A stretch of 32,000 nucleotides of DNA. Source: Edaphobacter aggregans. GTDB lineage: Bacteria; Acidobacteriota; Terriglobia; Terriglobales; Acidobacteriaceae. A program made the translations under genes and the position numbers. Below are positions 16,181 to 23,730 of the stretch, in pieces; positions within the stretch are counted from its first letter, which is position 1, and each line of letters begins with the position of its first letter. Where the stretch lies: positions 3,360,001 through 3,392,000 of the forward strand of contig NZ_RSDW01000001.1 in NCBI RefSeq assembly GCF_003945235.1. Reading direction: 5' to 3'. The notes below the pieces were generated by a model. That model searched no databases. It saw only the letters and a list, made by a program, of their open reading frames with translations, and was not told where the DNA came from.

Positions 16181-17356
16181 ATGCGTGTGCCGCGGGTTGC
16201 CTACTTTCCGGATTCCTTCCACGAAGTCAACGGAGTGGCCCATACCAGCCGTAACTTCATCGCATTTGCCCAGCGGCATCGGTTGCCGTTTCTGTGCGTA
16301 CGTGCGGGGGAGAGGGCGACAGCATTCGAACAAATCGGCGAGTTGAGGACTCTGGAACTGGGGCGCAGTAAAGCTTCGGTGCGGATGGAGAAGGACTTGG
16401 AATTCGACGCGCTGTTCTGGCGGCATGCTGGAGCGATTCGTCGGGAACTGAAGCGGTTTAAGCCAGATGTGATTCATATTACGGGGCCGAGCGAACTGGG
16501 GATATTTGGCGTGTATTTCGCCTGGGAGCTGAATATTCCGCTGGTGGCGTCGTGGCACACGAATGTTCATGAGTATGCAGCGCGGCGAATGGCGTGGCTG
16601 ACACGCCGGCTGGGCGAGCGGAGAGGCGAAACCGTGGACCAGGGTGTGGAGTCGGGGGCGTTGTGGGCGACTTCGCAGTTTTACAAGCTGGCGCGGGTGC
16701 TGTTTGCTCCAAATGGTGAACTGTGCCGGATGCTGGAACGGTCAACGGACAGGCCGTGTTACCTGATGCAGCGGGGCGTGGATACGGAGCTATTTTCTCC
16801 GGTGCGGCGGACGCGCGGAGACGGTGATGAAGTGGTTGTGTTGGGTTATGTCGGGCGGCTTTCTGTTGAGAAGAACGTGGCTTTGCTAGCGCGGGTTGAA
16901 CGGGAGTTGACGGCGATGGGTGTGAGCGGAGTGCGGTTCCTGATTGTGGGGCATGGGAGCGAGGAGTCGGCGTTACGGGCCGAGTTGTCGCAGGCGGAGT
17001 TTGCTGGGGTGCTGCGGGGGACGGCTCTGGCAGAGGCGTACGCAAACATGGATTTACTGGTGTTTCCTTCACATACGGATACGTTTGGGAATGTCGTGCT
17101 GGAGGCGCTGGCGAGTGGGGTTCCAGCGGTGGTGACTCCTGATGGTGGGCCGAAATTTATTGTGCGAGATGGTGAGACTGGGTTTGTGGTCCCGGATGAT
17201 GGATTTTCCCGGGCGGTGGCGATTCTGGTGCAGGATCGGGCGCGACTGGAACAGATGAGGGTGAACGCGCGGGCCTATGCGATGGAATGCAGCTGGGACA
17301 CGGTATTTGAGCGGGTTTACGCGGGATACGAGACGGCTTTGCAGGCCGAGGGCTAG
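16181..17356 (+). CDS. Glycosyltransferase family 4 (GT-B, group 1)
   Basis: The N-terminal half has 'RVAYFPDSFHEVNGVAHTS'. The C-terminal half has 'LGYVGRLSVEKN' and the E-x7-E region 'FPSHTDTFGNVVLEALASGVPAV'. Confidence 0.85.
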   Translation: MRVPRVAYFPDSFHEVNGVAHTSRNFIAFAQRHRLPFLCVRAGERATAFEQIGELRTLELGRSKASVRMEKDLEFDALFWRHAGAIRRELKRFKPDVIHITGPSELGIFGVYFAWELNIPLVASWHTNVHEYAARRMAWLTRRLGERRGETVDQGVESGALWATSQFYKLARVLFAPNGELCRMLERSTDRPCYLMQRGVDTELFSPVRRTRGDGDEVVVLGYVGRLSVEKNVALLARVERELTAMGVSGVRFLIVGHGSEESALRAELSQAEFAGVLRGTALAEAYANMDLLVFPSHTDTFGNVVLEALASGVPAVVTPDGGPKFIVRDGETGFVVPDDGFSRAVAILVQDRARLEQMRVNARAYAMECSWDTVFERVYAGYETALQAEG

Positions 17357-18624
17357 TAGCGTAGTTCGCCGATGTAGACGCCGTAGGGTGGGATGGTCAT
17401 GGATTCGAGATGCATGGGGCCGGTTGCGTTGTCGGAGCGCACAATGGCGCGGAGAAAGCTGCCTTTGAGGTGAAGGCGCTGCATATCGGCTTTGAGCGAG
17501 AGCTGTGCGGGTTGCGCAGAGAGGTTGCAGATGATGACAATTGCCGGTGAAATCGGGGTGACTGCCTGGGGTTTGCGGACCCAGGTGAGGACGTTCTGGT
17601 CGTCGTGATTGAGGGTGATGTTGGCCCCGGCGTTGATGGTGGGATTGCTGTGGTGGAGCGCGCTGAGCTGGCGATACCAGTTGAGGAGAGACTGCGGGTC
17701 GGCATCCTGAAGGGCGACGTTGGGGTTGGCTGGGTCGGGTGGGGGTGCGGTTTTACCCTTTGCTGGCGCGGGTGGAGCGTCCCAGTGGATAGCCGTTGCG
17801 GGGTCGGAGTCGGCGGGGAGGCCTAGCTCCTGGCCGTAGTAGATGAGGGCGGCGGAGCGGGTGGTTAGAAGGATTGTGGCTAGGATTTTGGCGATTTCGA
17901 GGTCGTGTTTGCCGTCGGCGAAGCGGGTGAAGCTGCGTGGATAGGCGGGGCCGTCGGTGAGGAGAACGGGCATGTTTCGGCTGGATTGCAGGGTGTCTTG
18001 TGTGGCGTCGATTGTGGTGCGGAATGTGGCGGTGTTGAGTTGGGTGGAGGTGGCGAGGGTTGGGTTGAGGAGGAGTTGCGGAGTTTCGTGCGTGGATGCG
18101 GGCTTTGGCTGGGAGTCGAGGGTTGGGGTTGCGTCGGTGATGAGGATGCGTTGGCCTACGTAGCTGCTGATGAGTTTGCGGAGGTCGGCGATTTGGGATG
18201 TTGTTGTGTTCGTTGAGGTTATGTGGAATCCGGCTATACCTCGGTTGAGCCAGAAGCGAGCGGCCGCGGTCGGGTCGGTGGTGTGGGGGTCCAGTTCGAG
18301 GAGGACACGGATGTTGTTGCGGCTGGCCTGGTGGATGAGGTCGTCGACCTCGTCGACGGCTGCGATGGAAGGGGGTTGGGTGGGATCGGGCAACAGGGGA
18401 GTCAGGAGGAGGGCATCGGCTCCAAGGGAGTGAATGTAGTCGAGGCGTTGGATCATGCCCTGTATGTCGTTGAAGCCGCTAGGGTTGGCATGATAGATGA
18501 CTGCGTGCTTCCACCAGGGGCTGGAACTCATGCCGGAGCCGACCCAGCCGGGACGGGCGAGGGTTTGGGGGAAGGCGGTGGCGGAGAGGAGGAAGGTCAG
18601 GAGGAAGGCGCGGCGGGAGGGCAT
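17353..18624 (-). CDS. Secreted GH13 (alpha-amylase family)-like protein with degenerate catalytic motifs
   Basis: The preferred start is the ATG at 18624 ('MPSRRAFLLTFLLSATAFPQTLA', a signal peptide). GH13 N-terminal homology is 'WWKHAVIYHANPSGFNDIQGMIQRLDYIHSLGADALLLTPLL'. Region II reads 'GIAGFHITS' where GFRxD is expected. No recognisable GE or NHD regions were seen. Confidence 0.75.
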   Translation of the reverse strand: MPSRRAFLLTFLLSATAFPQTLARPGWVGSGMSSSPWWKHAVIYHANPSGFNDIQGMIQRLDYIHSLGADALLLTPLLPDPTQPPSIAAVDEVDDLIHQASRNNIRVLLELDPHTTDPTAAARFWLNRGIAGFHITSTNTTTSQIADLRKLISSYVGQRILITDATPTLDSQPKPASTHETPQLLLNPTLATSTQLNTATFRTTIDATQDTLQSSRNMPVLLTDGPAYPRSFTRFADGKHDLEIAKILATILLTTRSAALIYYGQELGLPADSDPATAIHWDAPPAPAKGKTAPPPDPANPNVALQDADPQSLLNWYRQLSALHHSNPTINAGANITLNHDDQNVLTWVRKPQAVTPISPAIVIICNLSAQPAQLSLKADMQRLHLKGSFLRAIVRSDNATGPMHLESMTIPPYGVYIGELRY

Positions 18625-18857
18625 GGGCGGGTTTCGGTCTCCGGAGTTGTTGAAATGGTAGCGGATTTTTTTGGATGGTGGAGGTGGTGATTTTCCTGGG
18701 GTTTTTGGAAAAAACGATGGATAACTCGCGGTAAAAAGCGTGGCAATCGTGGAAAGTGGATGGTACATGGTGGATAGGAATTTGCACTGTTTTTGGTGCA
18801 ATGGGGAGCTGCGAGGAAGCTGTCGCGAAGAAAATGGGTGCGTTCATGGGGAGGAAG

Positions 18858-18913
18858 AGCGGTTCGAGCTTCGCTCGAATGCCCACATCTCAGAATCGAG
18901 ATATGGGGCACCC
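18858..18913 (-). repeat. REP-1 two-hairpin repeat, copy C (opposite orientation to A/B)
   Basis: Sequence: agcgg-ttcgagc-ttc-gctcgaa-tg-cccacatctc-agaatc-gagatatggg-gcaccc. It matches copy D at 52 of 56 nt. Confidence 0.8.
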
Positions 18914-18986
18914 GATTTGGTGGCAATGCTCGATAGGGACCACCTGTCACCCGATTTAGTGGCGATGTTTGATAGGGACTGCCTGT
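18909..18986 (+). repeat. 39-bp tandem repeat x2
   Basis: The units are cacccgatttggtggcaatgctcgatagggaccacctgt and cacccgatttagtggcgatgtttgatagggactgcctgt, identical at 33 of 39 positions. The first unit overlaps the end of REP-1 copy C. Confidence 0.75.
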
Positions 18987-19124
18987 CCAATGTCTGTCTC
19001 GCTTCGGTCGCCGATCTCGCCGTCGGCTCACGCCACCTTTGGCAGCCCGTCTACACTACCAATGGCGGCCAATCCCGCCGGACCTCCTCCGACCGGCCCG
19101 CCCCGGAACACCCGAGGACCACCC

Positions 19125-19853
19125 ATGCAGCAGCCCCTCACCACCGGAGTCCCGCCTCTCACCACTCCCAGGTTCTATATCACGGGCCGTCAGCGGCTCA
19201 GCCCCGGAGCCATTCTGCTGGCTATCGTGGCGGCGGCCGCTGCGCTTTCCTCGGTACTCTATGCCCTGGGTCATACCGGACGTGCACATCTCGCCTCCGG
19301 CGCGGACCGCTCCGCCAGCGCTGCATCGGCCTCGGCTGCTGACGAGAAAGACGATCCATCGCAGATCGACACCATCGTCCTGGGTGATCCTGCCGACGCT
19401 CCTGTGCCCGCCCGGCGGGGAGATCACGTCAGCCCCGTTCACCCCACCATTCTCGTTCGCCTGCCTCGCTTCGGCGACCAGGTGGGCCTCATCCCCGACA
19501 CTCCGGCCGGCCGCCTCCTCTATGACTGGCTCGCGGCCTTCAACCAGGCAAGCTACCCCGCGCTTGGCAACGCTCTGCCCAATGTCGCGCTCGCGTCGGC
19601 GGCGGCAGCACAGATCGAGCTTCGGCAGCAGACCGGCGGCTTCAGCCTGCTCTCAGCCAAAGAGGTGTTGCCCGGCGTCCTTGTGTTTCGGCTCCGCGAC
19701 CAAACGCCATCGGCGAATGAGGTCCTCGGCACCCTCCAGGTGCGTCCGAACTCGAGCCCCGCTGCCATCGCGAGCTTCAGCCTTCGCGCCGTTCCCTCGC
19801 TGCGCCCGGACGCCACCGCGGGGGCTGCACTCTCGGCCGCTTCACCACGATGA
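19125..19853 (+). CDS. Hypothetical membrane-anchored protein (N-terminal TM helix plus a ~150-aa C-terminal domain)
   Basis: ATG 19125 follows GAGGA at a 6-nt spacing. The TM span is 'GAILLAIVAAAAALSSVLYAL'. The C-terminal region 'LLYDWLAAFNQASYPALGNALP...FSLLSAKEVLPGVLVFRLRDQ...LGTLQVRP' looks like a globular domain. The alternative start is ATG 19062. The overlapping ORF 19039-20004 in another frame is Pro/Arg/Ser-rich junk. Confidence 0.55.
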   Translation: MQQPLTTGVPPLTTPRFYITGRQRLSPGAILLAIVAAAAALSSVLYALGHTGRAHLASGADRSASAASASAADEKDDPSQIDTIVLGDPADAPVPARRGDHVSPVHPTILVRLPRFGDQVGLIPDTPAGRLLYDWLAAFNQASYPALGNALPNVALASAAAAQIELRQQTGGFSLLSAKEVLPGVLVFRLRDQTPSANEVLGTLQVRPNSSPAAIASFSLRAVPSLRPDATAGAALSAASPR

Positions 19854-19882
19854 GTCATGGATGTTCCTCGTAGAGAGGAAAA

Positions 19883-19938
19883 AGCGGTTCGCGCTTTGCG
19901 CGAATGCCCACATCTCAGAATCGAGATGTGGGGCACCC
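19883..19938 (-). repeat. REP-1 two-hairpin repeat, copy D
   Basis: Sequence: agcgg-ttcgcgc-ttt-gcgcgaa-tg-cccacatctc-agaatc-gagatgtggg-gcaccc. It starts 29 nt after the stop of the 19125-19853 gene. A further hairpin, ttcctc-gtaga-gaggaa, sits just 5' of it. Confidence 0.8.
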
Positions 19939-20067
19939 GATTTGTTTGGCTCAGATGTGGGCCTCCGCCCAAGATGCACGCATAGGCTCGGCGGCCTATG
20001 GTAAGCTTTGCGCTGTCCAAAGATAGCCCTAGGCCCGGATGTCAATCTGCGCGAATGGTGGTGTCGC

Positions 20068-21437
20068 ATGGCAACAACAAACGAACCTGTGGGGACGATC
20101 ACGAGGTTCTTCCTGATGGCTGCGCTTGTGCTCGGTGCATGGAACGTAGCGCTGGCTCAGAATGACCACCGCGGAGACCAGGATAAAGACGATCACCGCG
20201 GAGATCGAGATAAAGGCAACAACGATGGAGGAGAAAAGGTCCTCTATATCTGGGCGCAGGATCAGGCTCAAGTTGCTCCGGATTTCCTGGCGGTAATTGA
20301 TTTTGACGAACGCTCCTCCAAATATGGAGAGGTGATCAACGTTGTACCGGTTCCGCCTCCCGGTAATACGGGCAATGAGCCGCACCACTGCCACTTGAAT
20401 TCGAACAAGACGATTCTGGGATGCGGGGGGCTGCTTAGCCTGTTGAAAGGGCAGAGCGGGATCTTTTTTTCGACGTGAGCGATGCGAAAAAACCGAGATT
20501 CATGTTTTCTGCTAAAGCTGTCGAATCCGCTATGACGGACGACTTTCTGCCGATTGAAAATGGCGGCTTTCTGATTACACAAATGGGTTCGGCTACTGGC
20601 ATGGCACCCGGTCGCGTCGCAGAATTCGATGGCAGCATGCATTTCGTTGCGGACCACTTCGGTACGGTGTCGTTGTTTGAGGAGTGGCCCAGCACGCCGC
20701 CGTTAGACGGGTTCAACCCTCATGGTATTTCCGCGCGTCCAGAGTTGAATCTTATGATGACTTCGGACTTCCTGCTGCCGAGCAGCACGCTGATGCCTTC
20801 GATGGCGCCAGTGTTGCGGGGCTCGGTGCGCATCTGGAACTACAAAGAACGCAAGATCACCAGAACGGTTGACTTGTTTTCGCCAGACGGAACGCCTGCA
20901 CAGGGAACGATGGACGTGAAGATGCTCCCTAAGGACCGGCATGGTTACGGGTACACATCGGGCATGTTTGACGGCCACATTTATCTGGTCGATCCGGAAA
21001 GCAACAGGGGGAGTGTGGTGTTTGATCTCGCGACGGTGAAGCCCCACGTAGATACGCCGGTGCCTGGGGGAATGGGGCAGATCATGGCAACACCAAAATC
21101 TGGAGATCGGCTGATCGTAGGAACATTCATGGCCGGGCAAGTGGTCATGTTGGACACCACCGACCGGTTCAATCTGAAGCAGGTATCCGTTGTCAGCTTC
21201 GGCGCGAATGCGGGACCGCACAACATTGTGCTGAACGAAGATGATAGTCGCCTTGTGGTAACAGACTATTTCCTCAATGAAGATGAGGAGGGAATTATCC
21301 ATTTCGAAGGCGACCATAAAGTCCACGTTCTCAAGGTCGCGCACGACACACTCACCGAGGACAAGCGGTTTCAGCTTGACTTCAATACGGCCTTCAAAAC
21401 TGGGCCAGCTCGCCCTCACGGCATCGCTATGAAATAG
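20068..21437 (+). pseudogene. Selenium-binding protein (SBP56) / methanethiol oxidase family homolog, interrupted by a frameshift in a T7 tract
   Basis: Two abutting ORFs (frame 1 to 20478, frame 3 from 20475) together give about 455 aa. The signal peptide is 'MATTNEPVGTITRFFLMAALVLGAWNVALAQ'. 'APDFLAVIDFDERSSKYGEVINVVPVP..GNEPHH' parallels, as I recall it, human SELENBP1 '[26 protein letters not shown]..DELHH'. Downstream motifs are 'FFDVSDAKKPRF', 'GFNPHGISARPELNLMMTSDF', 'VRIWNYKERK' and 'GPHNIVLNEDDSRLVVTDYF'. One extra T at 20464-20470 would fuse the frames. Confidence 0.8.
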
Positions 21438-21572
21438 CTCAGCGTGCTTCGCCTTTGGGTGAAGTTCTCGAAGGCTGGCCAGAAATTGACGCGGTGGTCA
21501 ATTGAAGCTGAGACAGCACGCGGCTTGAGATGGAAGAGGGCACAGACTCTTGCTGAGTCTATGGCTTCTGCC

Positions 21573-22040
21573 TTAGCGCTGTTGCTTCTGGAGGCGTTCG
21601 ATCAATTTGACTGGATGGAGCGGCTTGGCAAGCAGCTCGAACTCATATCCCTGTTTGTGCCCCTGAAGCAAAATGTCTGAGATCCCGGCTTGTCCGGAGA
21701 AGAGTAGGATTTTTGCTTTGGGTAACATTTTGTTGACGTAGATGGCGAGCTCGACACCATTCATTCGGGGCATTAATACATCGGTAAGAAGATAGTCAGG
21801 CTGAAACTCTGCAACCATGTCCATTGCGGCAAACCCATCGTATGCCGTCATGGTATGGAAACCTGCGTCTTCAAGAATTTCGGCGCAAGTGTCCGCGATC
21901 AATTTCTCATCGTCGACGATAAGAACCCGTGGTCTGGCTGCCCGGACTTCTGTTGCTTCGGCGTCGTGGGAAAGATCCACTGTCAGATTCGGCACAAAAC
22001 TATTGCCTAAGTTCATGGAGCCCAATCCGATTTGCAACAT
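21573..22040 (-). CDS. Single-domain response regulator (CheY-like receiver, no output domain)
   Basis: 'RVLIVDDEKLIADTCAEILEDAGF', 'DYLLTDVLMPRMNGVEL' and 'KILLFSGQ...LAKPL'. ATG 22040 follows AGAGGAAGG. It lies 41 nt downstream of the kinase gene on the same strand. Confidence 0.85.
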   Translation of the reverse strand: MLQIGLGSMNLGNSFVPNLTVDLSHDAEATEVRAARPRVLIVDDEKLIADTCAEILEDAGFHTMTAYDGFAAMDMVAEFQPDYLLTDVLMPRMNGVELAIYVNKMLPKAKILLFSGQAGISDILLQGHKQGYEFELLAKPLHPVKLIERLQKQQR

Positions 22041-22081
22041 ACCTTCCTCTTATAGCTCGGATATTGTTTTCAGAGTTTTCA

Positions 22082-23587
22082 TCAGTTCCGGTCTTTCGGA
22101 GTCGCGAACGGAATGTAAATCGTAACACTTGTACCGCTCTTTCCGGGCTCAGTGCTACTGGAGACTGCAATCTGGCCGCCGCGGGTCTCTACCAGCTGTT
22201 TCGTAACCCATAGACCTATGCCAGTGCCGAGATTTCCTTTTGTCGTAAAGAAGGGTTCAAAGATTCTTTGGAGGTTTTCATGACTGATGCCGACGCCGTC
22301 GTCACGAATGATCGTCTGAATGCCCTCTCCCTGCGCGACGTTTATTTTGCGGAGAGAGATGCACAATTTTCCGCCTTCCTTCATCGCATCGATGCCATTG
22401 GCGATGAGGTTGGAAAAAACTTGAATCATCTCCCCCCTGCTAACGGAAATTTTTCGTAGATCGTTGAAGCTTGATTCGACCGAGATGCCGCTGGCAAGAA
22501 GTTTCGACCGATATACCGTGAGAACGTTTTCGATCAGGTCATGCAGATAGAGGTCCGTGGGAGAGCCGATGTCGCGGTAATAGCCCAGGGTCTGGCGGGC
22601 GATGTGCGAGACGCGTTCGAGTTCATCTTCGGCGGTGAGCAGATAATCCTGCGCCTTTGGGCTCGCCGAGCAGTTCTGACGCGCGAGATAGATCAGATTC
22701 ATCAGGGACTCGAGAGGATTGTTAACCTCATGAGCAATCGCGGCCGCCATGCGTCCGGTTGCGGCGAGTTTTTCGGATTGAATCAGCAATTTTTCCATGC
22801 GCTTGCGGTCAGAGATATCGCGCGCAATCTTGGATGCTCCGATCACGCGGCCTTCATCGTTCCGAATAGGCGAGATGGTTACCGAGACTTCCACGAATTC
22901 TCCGTTCTTACGACATCGCGTGGTTTCGTAGTGATCGATCCGTTCGCCGGCGCGGAGCTTTCTGAGAATTTCATCTTCTTCGTAGTGCAGTTCTTCAGGA
23001 ATTAGACGCAGCAGGGGCTGGCCGACCATCTCCTCGGATGTGTAGCCGAACATGCGGCACGCACCCTGATTCCAAGTCTTAATAATTCCGTTCAGGTCTT
23101 TGCTAATGATGGCATCGTCAGCGCAATCAACGATGGCGGCAAGGCGAACGCGGCTATCATCGAATCGCATCTGGTCGCTGATATCCTGGGCGATCTTGGA
23201 GGCTCCGATAACCTTGCCTGTGCCGTCTTTCACCGGCGAAATGGTGACGGAAACCGGAAATTTCTCGCCGCCTTTCCGGACCCTTACGGTCTCATAGTGT
23301 TTGATTCGTTCGCCAGCACGGACCTTCGCAAGGATTTCAAATTCTTGGGAATGCAGTTCCTCTGGGATGAGCCGCAGGATGGGCTGTCCTATCATTTCGT
23401 CGGCGGTATAGCCGAAGATTCGTTGGGCCGCGGCATTCCAGCTGGTAACGACTCCTTGCAGATTCTTGCTGATGATGGCGTCGTTGGAAGATTCGATGAT
23501 GGAAGCAAGGAGATACTTTGAACTGTCTTCGAGGGTTGGGGACTCGTCGATCACCTCTTGCTTTGAGTTGTCTGTTCTTGGGTCCAA
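22082..23587 (-). CDS. Soluble sensor histidine kinase: PAS-PAS-HisKA-HATPase_c
   Basis: There are two tandem PAS units with very similar sequence. The H-box is 'AAIAHEVNNPLESL'. The N and G boxes are 'VFSNLIANGIDAM', 'IRDDGVGI' and 'GTGIGLWV'. No TM segment is present. The only full-length start is TTG at 23587, so the start is uncertain. Confidence 0.85.
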   Translation of the reverse strand: MDPRTDNSKQEVIDESPTLEDSSKYLLASIIESSNDAIISKNLQGVVTSWNAAAQRIFGYTADEMIGQPILRLIPEELHSQEFEILAKVRAGERIKHYETVRVRKGGEKFPVSVTISPVKDGTGKVIGASKIAQDISDQMRFDDSRVRLAAIVDCADDAIISKDLNGIIKTWNQGACRMFGYTSEEMVGQPLLRLIPEELHYEEDEILRKLRAGERIDHYETTRCRKNGEFVEVSVTISPIRNDEGRVIGASKIARDISDRKRMEKLLIQSEKLAATGRMAAAIAHEVNNPLESLMNLIYLARQNCSASPKAQDYLLTAEDELERVSHIARQTLGYYRDIGSPTDLYLHDLIENVLTVYRSKLLASGISVESSFNDLRKISVSRGEMIQVFSNLIANGIDAMKEGGKLCISLRKINVAQGEGIQTIIRDDGVGISHENLQRIFEPFFTTKGNLGTGIGLWVTKQLVETRGGQIAVSSSTEPGKSGTSVTIYIPFATPKDRN

Positions 23588-23730
23588 TAGGGAATAGCTC
23601 CGATCTAACTGGGGCGGATCTGCGTGTACAAGTCGCCACCGAATCTGATGCTATTTCATGGCTATAGGTTTTCGGTTGAGCTGCGGAGTCCCGGAAACGC
23701 TAACCTGATGAGAAATGGCGGACCTGTAAT

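Noticed and set aside
9673-19938. REP-1/REP-2 copies or the 39-bp and 14-bp tandem repeats as a CRISPR array.
   Set aside because: There is no regular repeat-spacer periodicity. Only 2-3 units are adjacent, the copies are kilobases apart, and no cas genes are present.
19039-20004. 321-aa ORF overlapping the 19125-19853 gene in another frame.
   Set aside because: It is a Pro/Arg/Ser-rich low-complexity translation that runs through REP-1 copy D. The alternative frame gives a sensible TM helix plus a globular domain, with a GAGGA RBS.
20008-20067. Upstream start (20008) for the SBP56 homolog.
   Set aside because: It adds 20 residues ('MRCPKIALGPDVNLREWWCR') ahead of a canonical signal peptide that begins at the ATG at 20068.
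20461-20472. Classical programmed -1 ribosomal frameshift site at the T7 tract.
   Set aside because: In the zero frame the tract reads atc ttt ttt tcg, so the heptamer is not in the X XXY YYZ register. I see no obvious downstream pseudoknot or stem. Indel, sequencing error or transcriptional slippage are simpler explanations. The possibility is kept only as a minor alternative within the frameshift finding.
21444-21680. 78-aa + strand ORF between the SBP56 and receiver genes.
   Set aside because: It overlaps the 3' end of the well-supported receiver gene in antisense, and has no RBS and no recognisable motifs.
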